Under the pieces are notes generated by a model that was not told where the DNA came from, searched no databases, and saw only the letters and a program-made list of their open reading frames with translations. The position numbers were made by a program, and so were the translations under genes. Source: Alphaproteobacteria bacterium (GTDB lineage Bacteria > Pseudomonadota > Alphaproteobacteria > MPNO01). From it: a DNA stretch of 64,000 bases. The first letter of the stretch is position 1, and each line of letters opens with the position of its first letter. Positions 57,880 to 64,000 of this stretch are shown here, piece after piece. Where the stretch lies: positions 2,848,040-2,912,039 of the forward strand of contig OZ241868.1 in assembly GCA_965202905.1 (NCBI GenBank), in the 5' to 3' direction.

Positions 57880-58576
57880 CGGGGGCTCCCTTCGGAGATC
57901 GCCCGGTCTTCGTCGAGACCGTCCGGTCGCGGAAAGCGGCGCGACAGCGCGCCGACATCCTGAACCGATGGCGGCAGACGCGCGACGCCCGTCCAGGGGG
58001 CAGAAACCGACCGCACCCGGAGAGATCGTCCGGATCGACGCTCTCTCCATCTCCCCGGGACCCGGCCGGCCTCCCGCCAGGCAGTTCGCCGTCTGCGATC
58101 CCGTCGCCAGGCGGCGCTGCGCTCAAAGCCTGCCGCCGCGCAACCGCCAACAGCTTTCTCGCCAGGCTCCACGCCGACATGCCCTTCCCGATCCAGGCCA
58201 TACAGCCAAGTCATACGGATCGGCACGGATCGACGACGGCTCCGAGTTCAAGGCCGGCTTCGAGACCGAATGCCGCCGCGGCGTCGACCTCCGGGAACTG
58301 CCGCCGCGCTCGCCCGAACTCAACGGCGAACTCGACGGCGCCGCCGAGCGCGGCGGCAGTCGTGGCGCTACGAGTTCTACGCCGCGCGAATTCTACGCCG
58401 CCTGGGGAGCTCGGCGCCGGCAATCTGAAGGCCCTCAACCGAGGGATCAACGCCTTCGCCGATGAGGTCGACGCCTTCAGCCCCCACCAAGCCCTTGGAG
58501 GATGGCCCCCAAGGCGTATATCGACCGACGAACGGCCGAACAGATCCAAACGGCTCATATGTCCTGAACCGGGACA
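57880..58576 (+). mobile_element. Degraded IS481-like transposase remnant
   Basis: PGEIVRID, MPFPIQAIQ, DDGSEF, LPPRSPELNG, PHQALG spread over frames; candidate terminal repeat ending ...GAACCGGGACA. Confidence 0.72.
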
Positions 58577-58580
58577 CGCC

Positions 58581-58610
58581 TTGACAATGGCCGACAGCCA
58601 TCGTTACAGT
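58581..58610 (+). promoter_or_regulatory. Sigma70-type promoter
   Basis: TTGACA-18 nt-TACAGT upstream of ATG 58646. Confidence 0.45.
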
Positions 58611-58645
58611 CGCCGTATCGTAAGCTATCAGAAACGGAGTTCGAT

Positions 58646-59040
58646 ATGGTCAGGTGGCTACTTGTCTCGGCATGCGTCGCATCCCTCGCACTGGCGCCCG
58701 CGATCGGCTTGGCGCAAGGGGTTTCGGGGGCGGTGGGAGCTCAGACGGGCGGCGGCGGCGCAGCGGGTGGCGGCGGCGCGGCGGCCGGTGGCGGTGCGGC
58801 GGTGGCGGTGGCGGTGCGGCGGCGGCCGGTGGCGCAGCGGCCGGTGGCGCAGCGGCTGGCGGCGCTGCGGCCGGAGGCGCAGCGGCCGCTGGTGCGGCCG
58901 GTGCGGCCGGCGCTGCGGCGGCTGGGATCGGTGCGGTGTCCGCCACGACGTTGGCGGTTGGCGCAGTGGCGGCGGCCGGCGTTGCTGCCGGTGTTGCCGT
59001 CGGTGTTTCGGACGGAAGCAGCCCATCTGGCACCCGGTAG
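58646..59040 (+). pseudogene. Gly/Ala-rich small exported protein (YjbE/GfcA-like), frameshifted near 58800
   Basis: Signal peptide then GGGAAA repeats; the repeats and the tail AVGAVAAAGVAAGVAVGVSDGSSPSGTR continue in the -1 frame. Confidence 0.65.
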
Positions 59041-59447
59041 ACGAATTCGCCGCCGTCGTCGCGGCTGCGGCAGTCGTTTCGCTGGCAGCCGGGGGCGCGA
59101 AGGAGCCACTCACGGGCGCTGCTGCGTTCCGCAACAGCGCCCGTGAGCCAGAGTGCCGGTGCGGTCGCCAGCCGCGTGTCTGGAGCCGCCCGGCAGACGC
59201 CCCGCATCCGCGGTCGCCGCCGTTCGAATGCGGCCCGCTCTCGCATCCTGGCGACGAAAACTGCCTTCATGACGGCATGCGGGTTTCAGGGGCTTATGGC
59301 CCCCGGCTGTTGATCGGCCGTGACTTGGAACGCTTCGCCTTTCCGCGCACGAACGGTAGCGACCGGATCTACGGCGGCCTGCGTCGAGCCCCTGCGAGCC
59401 AGGGCGAGCAAATGGTCTGAGCCAAGGCGGTTGAGTAAGGGGGGAGA

Positions 59448-60473
59448 GTGTCGGAAGCGGAACTTCTGGTGTCTGCCGCGTTGGCGGTCGTCGTCTGTGT
59501 GAACGCCAAGCTGATCGCAGCGCCTATCGGTCTCCTCGATCTCCCCGACGGCGTCCGAAAACAGCATCGCGGCAGCATTCCGATGCTGGGCGGGCTCGCG
59601 ATACTGCCCGGGCTGGTCTGGTCGTTGCTCGCTGCCGAGGCCGGCGTCATCGTCGCCATCGCGCTGTTTTACTTCAGCCTCGGTCTCCTCGACGACTTGT
59701 TCAAGCTTTCGGCATGGTCCCGGCTGCTCGTCGGCGTGCTTGCAGTCGTATTCATGCTGAACCAATCAAGTCAGATGGTCGTCGACACGTTGTCCTTTTC
59801 GTTTGATGCTGATGTATCGCTCGGCATCCTGGCGATTCCCTTCACCTGTCTGTGCATCGTGGGATTCGTCAACGCGATAAACATGGTCGATGGAACCAAC
59901 GGGCTGCTGGTCGGGTTGTCGGCGCTGTGGGCGGGCTTCCTGTTGCCGCACACGATCCCGTATCCGAACCTGTCGTTCCTGGGGCTGTTCGCCGCGCTGA
60001 TCGTGACCCTGGCCTTCAACTTCAGGGGCAAGATCTTCCTTGGCGATTCGGGGGCCTGCATGCTTGGCGCGGCGATCGCCGCGGCGGCGATCTGGGTCTA
60101 CAAAATGTCGCCCAACTGGACGGCCGACGGCGTGGCGGTCATGTTCATCGTCCCGGTGGTCGATTGCCTGCGCGTGATGTGCTCACGGATCATGGCCGGC
60201 CGTTCGCCGATGTACGGCGACCGCAACCACCTGCACCAGCTTCTGGCAATGCGGTGGCCCAAGGGGGTGCTCCCGATCTACTGGAGCCTGGTAGGCGTGC
60301 CGAACGTGCTGGCCATCTGGTTGCCCGACTTGACGCCTGTCTGGCTCGTCCTGTGCGTGCTGGTCTATGGCGGGTTGATCGTTCACATCAAGCACGCTGC
60401 GGGCGTTTTCGCCCTGTCGCCGACGAACCGGCCCCCGTCGGTTGTCCGCCGGAACGAAGACGAGCCGGCATGA
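59448..60473 (+). CDS. MraY/WecA-family polyprenyl-phosphate GlcNAc-1-P transferase
   Basis: RKQH...PMLGG, GLLDD, NAINMVDGTNGL, FLGDSG, DRNHLH. Confidence 0.88.
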   Translation: MSEAELLVSAALAVVVCVNAKLIAAPIGLLDLPDGVRKQHRGSIPMLGGLAILPGLVWSLLAAEAGVIVAIALFYFSLGLLDDLFKLSAWSRLLVGVLAVVFMLNQSSQMVVDTLSFSFDADVSLGILAIPFTCLCIVGFVNAINMVDGTNGLLVGLSALWAGFLLPHTIPYPNLSFLGLFAALIVTLAFNFRGKIFLGDSGACMLGAAIAAAAIWVYKMSPNWTADGVAVMFIVPVVDCLRVMCSRIMAGRSPMYGDRNHLHQLLAMRWPKGVLPIYWSLVGVPNVLAIWLPDLTPVWLVLCVLVYGGLIVHIKHAAGVFALSPTNRPPSVVRRNEDEPA

Positions 60474-60922
60474 CCGGCCGATTCGGGCTGCTGAGCGTCC
60501 CGCTGACGGTCGGGCGGGCGTCGTTCGTCAAACCGCGCGGCGACGATGTTCCGGCGCATCGCGGCGATCACGACCAACTCCGGCGTTCGGCGTCGACATC
60601 GGATCGAGCCGGTCTCCGTACCGGTTCGGAGATTGTGGGGTCGGCCAGGCCTCGGCGGCTAAAAACCCAAGCCAGATCTGGACTTTCGGCATAGCCAATG
60701 CAGAATACCGGCCGGGGTGGATCGGCCCCGCGGGCCGATGTTCCACAGTCCCTGACAATGTTGCCTGGTTGTACCGTTGACAAGACACGATGGCGCGTGC
60801 CACGCGGATGACCGGGGAACCCGCGACCGCGCATATGGCCACTCTCATTCAGACGCAGCGACCGTGTTCCGGGCGGATGCCGGCATGGCGGATTTTTCCG
60901 AGCATCGTCGTCAAGGCGCTAA

Positions 60923-63472
60923 ATGAAGACGCTGGCGGCGGTGCTGGGCGGCGCGCTTGCGCTTGTCGTCAACCAAGGCGTCCTTGCCGCCGAGGATCCG
61001 CTTCGCTGGTCCTATAACGATTACGGCGGAATCGGCCTCCTTCAGACCCGCACGGCGCGGATGGCCGATGACGGCCGCCTGGCGATCGGATACGCCCGTT
61101 TCGCGCCGCACCAGAACTTCTATCTCACGTTTCAGGCCTTGCCGTGGCTTGAGACCACCTTTCGCTACGACATATTCGAGCGGGAGCGCAGCGGCAACGA
61201 TCTGTTCGACCGCAGCTTCGATACCAAAATCCGCTTGTTCAAGGAAACGCGATATTTCCCCGATTTCGCCGTGGGCCTCCAGGATATTCTGGGAACCGGC
61301 GTCTCGGCCGGCGAATACATCGTCGCAAGCAAGCGGTTCTACGACTTCGACTTCACCTTGGGGCTGGGGTGGGGCCGGTTCGGCTCGCAGGCCGATCTGC
61401 GCAACCCGCTTTCGATATTTTCCAGCAGGTTCGACACCAGGAGCGCGGAGACGGGCGAGGGCGGGCGCGTGCGTTTCGGCGACTTTTTCCGCGGTCGGGA
61501 TGTCGCGCTGTTCGGCGGCGTCGAATACATCACGCCGGTCGACGGCCTGCGGCTCAAGCTCGAATTCACCGGCGACGCCTATGTCGGGGAGGAAGCCGCC
61601 GCGCCGGATTTCGACCAGAAGACCCGCCTGAATTTCGGCGTCGAGTACCGCCCGTTCCCCTGGATCAGCCTGGCGGCCGCCTATGAGCAGGGCGACGTGT
61701 TCATGCTGCGCGCCACCGTCTCGGTCAACGCCAAGGACCCGATCCCCCTGCCGAAGCGGAAGGAGGTCCTGCCGGCGATCCCGCGCGCGCTGGCGGCCAA
61801 ACGCCTGGCGAAGGCGCAGGCCGCGACGGAGAAGGCCACGACGGAGAAGGCGCAGGCCGAGACCGATAAGCCCGTCGCGCCGTCCAAGCCCACCGCGCCG
61901 TCGTCGTTTTTCGAGTCATTGACATCGGCCCGACTCGATGTTGCGGAAATCCTCCACAACGACGCCGGGATGGAAATCCTGCTGGCTCCGGACGGCTCGC
62001 CCGGGCAGCTTCCGCATGCGCGCCGCACGGTCGCACGGGCGGCGGCGCGCACCGACCGTCCCACGAATTCGATTCGGGTTGTCTTGGCGTCCGATGCGTC
62101 CGGCGCCGTGTCGGATCGGCCGGCCGAACGAACGGTCCCGCCGCCTCGTGCAAAGCCGGCAACGCCGCGCAGGGCAAGCGCGCCGCTCGCCGCGGCCGGG
62201 CCGGCGCCCCAACCTACGCCCCAGTCGACGCCCCAGCCGACGCCCCAGCCGACGCAGAGTGAACAGGCGGTTTTGACCGCGCTCCTGCGCAAGGACTTGA
62301 AGGCGGCCGGTCTCGACCTCTACGCGCTGAAGCTCGATCCTCTCGCGGTCGAGGTCTATTTCGAGAACACGCGCTATCGCAACCCGGCGCTCGCGATCGG
62401 CCGCGGCGCCCGGATCATCGCCAACGCGCTGCCGCGCTCGATCGAGCTGATCACGATCGTGCTGTGGGACCGGGGTCTCGAGACCGCCCGCCTGTCGCTC
62501 CTGCGCAAAGACCTGGAGAACGCGCTGGCGAGCAAGGGCAGCCCGCAGGAAATCTGGGCAAACCTGCGGACCGCAGCGCGGACGGGCGCGGTAGCCCGGG
62601 ACGCGAGCGCCGCGGACGGCGTCTATCCCGCCTTCACATGGTCCGTCGGCCCGGCTCTCCGCCAGGGTCTTTTCGACCCCGATGCTCCGTATCTCTACCA
62701 GATCTGGGCCAAGACGAACGCGTCGGTTCGCCTCGCCCGCGGTCTGGATGTTTCCGGCACGCTGGGGGTCAGCATCGTCGACAATTTCGAGCGCTCGACC
62801 CGGCGATCCGACAGCGCGCTGCCGCATGTGCGCAGCGACGTCACCCGCTACATCCAGGAGGGCCGAAGGGGGATCACCAGGCTGCAGGCGAACTACATGT
62901 GGAACGCCGCGCCCGATGTCTTCGCTCGCGTGACCGGCGGCTACCTCGAGGAAATGTTCGGCGGCGTGAGCGGGGAGATCCTCTATCGCCCGAGGAAACG
63001 GCGCTGGGCGGTGGGCCTCGACCTCCACCGGGTGCGGCAACGCAAATTCAACCAGCTCTTCGGCTTCCGCGACTACACGGTTACGACCGGTCACCTGAAC
63101 GTTCATTACGACATGCCGTTCCACGGCTACCTTGCCAATATCTCGGTCGGCCGATACCTCGCCCGGGATTGGGGCGCCACCTTCGAGCTCATCCGGCGCT
63201 TCAATTCGGGGATCGACATCGGCGGCTTCTTCACCTTGACCGACGTGCCGTTCGAAGAGTTCGGCGAGGGGAGCTTCGACAAGGGGATCTTCATTTCGAT
63301 CCCGCTCGACATCTTCTTCACCCGGCATACTAGGCGGCGGGGGAACTATGTGATCCGCCCACTGACCCGCGACGGCGGACAGCGCGTCGCCTCGGCGCGG
63401 AAACTCTACGAGGCGACCAACGACAGCCGGCTGGACAATATCGCCCGGAACTGGACGAGCATCCTGAAGTAA
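60923..63472 (+). CDS. YjbH/GfcD family outer-membrane protein
   Basis: YGGIGLLQTRTARM, QALPWLE, GLQDILGTG, LPHVRSD, GYLEEMFGG, GEGSFDKG, PLTRDGG. Confidence 0.9.
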   Translation: MKTLAAVLGGALALVVNQGVLAAEDPLRWSYNDYGGIGLLQTRTARMADDGRLAIGYARFAPHQNFYLTFQALPWLETTFRYDIFERERSGNDLFDRSFDTKIRLFKETRYFPDFAVGLQDILGTGVSAGEYIVASKRFYDFDFTLGLGWGRFGSQADLRNPLSIFSSRFDTRSAETGEGGRVRFGDFFRGRDVALFGGVEYITPVDGLRLKLEFTGDAYVGEEAAAPDFDQKTRLNFGVEYRPFPWISLAAAYEQGDVFMLRATVSVNAKDPIPLPKRKEVLPAIPRALAAKRLAKAQAATEKATTEKAQAETDKPVAPSKPTAPSSFFESLTSARLDVAEILHNDAGMEILLAPDGSPGQLPHARRTVARAAARTDRPTNSIRVVLASDASGAVSDRPAERTVPPPRAKPATPRRASAPLAAAGPAPQPTPQSTPQPTPQPTQSEQAVLTALLRKDLKAAGLDLYALKLDPLAVEVYFENTRYRNPALAIGRGARIIANALPRSIELITIVLWDRGLETARLSLLRKDLENALASKGSPQEIWANLRTAARTGAVARDASAADGVYPAFTWSVGPALRQGLFDPDAPYLYQIWAKTNASVRLARGLDVSGTLGVSIVDNFERSTRRSDSALPHVRSDVTRYIQEGRRGITRLQANYMWNAAPDVFARVTGGYLEEMFGGVSGEILYRPRKRRWAVGLDLHRVRQRKFNQLFGFRDYTVTTGHLNVHYDMPFHGYLANISVGRYLARDWGATFELIRRFNSGIDIGGFFTLTDVPFEEFGEGSFDKGIFISIPLDIFFTRHTRRRGNYVIRPLTRDGGQRVASARKLYEATNDSRLDNIARNWTSILK

Positions 63473-63488
63473 CCGCGCGGACCGGCCC

Positions 63489-64000
63489 TCAGCCGGACCG
63501 CAGCGTCCGGTCGATCCTGCCGAGGATCGACTGGACGCTTTCGTCCGGGGTCATGGATTCGGTGTCCAGGTGTAACTCCGGACTCAGCGGCGGCTCGTAG
63601 GCGCTGTCGATCCCGGTGAAGTTCTTCAAAGCGCCGCGCCGCGCCTTGGCGTAGAGCCCCTTGATGTCGCGCGCCTCGCATGTCGCGAGCAAGGCGTCGA
63701 TATAAATCTCAAGGAATTCGCCGGGCTCGAACAGGCGACGGGCAAACTCGCGCTCGGCGCGGAACGGGCTGATGAACGCCACGATGACGACCAGCCCGGC
63801 ATCGACCATCAGCCGCGCGACCTCGGCGACCCGGCGGATGTTCTCCACCCGGTCGGCCTCCGTGAACCCGAGGTCGCGGTTGAGGCCGTGGCGCACGTTG
63901 TCTCCGTCGAGCAGATAAGTGTGCCAACCTTCCGCCAACAGCCGCTGCTCCAGCAGGTTGGCGATGGTCGACTTGCCGGAACCCGACAGCCCGGTCAGCC
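63489..64000 (-). CDS. cysC: Adenylyl-sulfate (APS) kinase, 5'-truncated by window edge (possibly C-terminus of CysNC)
   Basis: [47 protein letters not shown]. Confidence 0.92.
   Translation of the reverse strand, partial: LTGLSGSGKSTIANLLEQRLLAEGWHTYLLDGDNVRHGLNRDLGFTEADRVENIRRVAEVARLMVDAGLVVIVAFISPFRAEREFARRLFEPGEFLEIYIDALLATCEARDIKGLYAKARRGALKNFTGIDSAYEPPLSPELHLDTESMTPDESVQSILGRIDRTLRSG

Overview
High-GC alphaproteobacterial chromosome segment (Rhodospirillales-like by gene content; inference). Housekeeping genes (rodA, tRNA-Lys, rpoH, rluD, tRNA-Glu, otsB-GH15-otsA-glk, queG, dusA) alternate with catabolic operons for acyl-CoA compounds, hydroxycinnamates, a Mo hydroxylase and a Rieske oxygenase, and the window ends in a Yjb/Gfc-type polysaccharide export locus plus a partial cysC. 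The most notable region (25.9-31.6 kb) is a lasso-peptide-type RiPP locus with a PqqD/RRE, an HPr-kinase-like kinase, a sulfotransferase and an AsnB-like cyclase. It has three related precursors sharing a WTRP-x-(I/V)-x-ELG..T-x leader and Glu9; two are absent from the ORF track. Precursor 3 is out of frame at a C13 tract, precursor 1 stops just before a conserved terminal Ser codon, and no B2 peptidase is visible. Also found: two selenoproteins split at in-frame UGA codons with SECIS-like hairpins (AhpD-like CxxU; peroxiredoxin-like UxxC), a divergent stand-alone GroEL paralog behind the Rieske oxygenase, a three-copy palindromic MITE-like repeat, a duplicated sigma70 promoter cassette, two IS remnants and several frameshifted genes. 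All calls come from motif reading by eye; no database searches were run.
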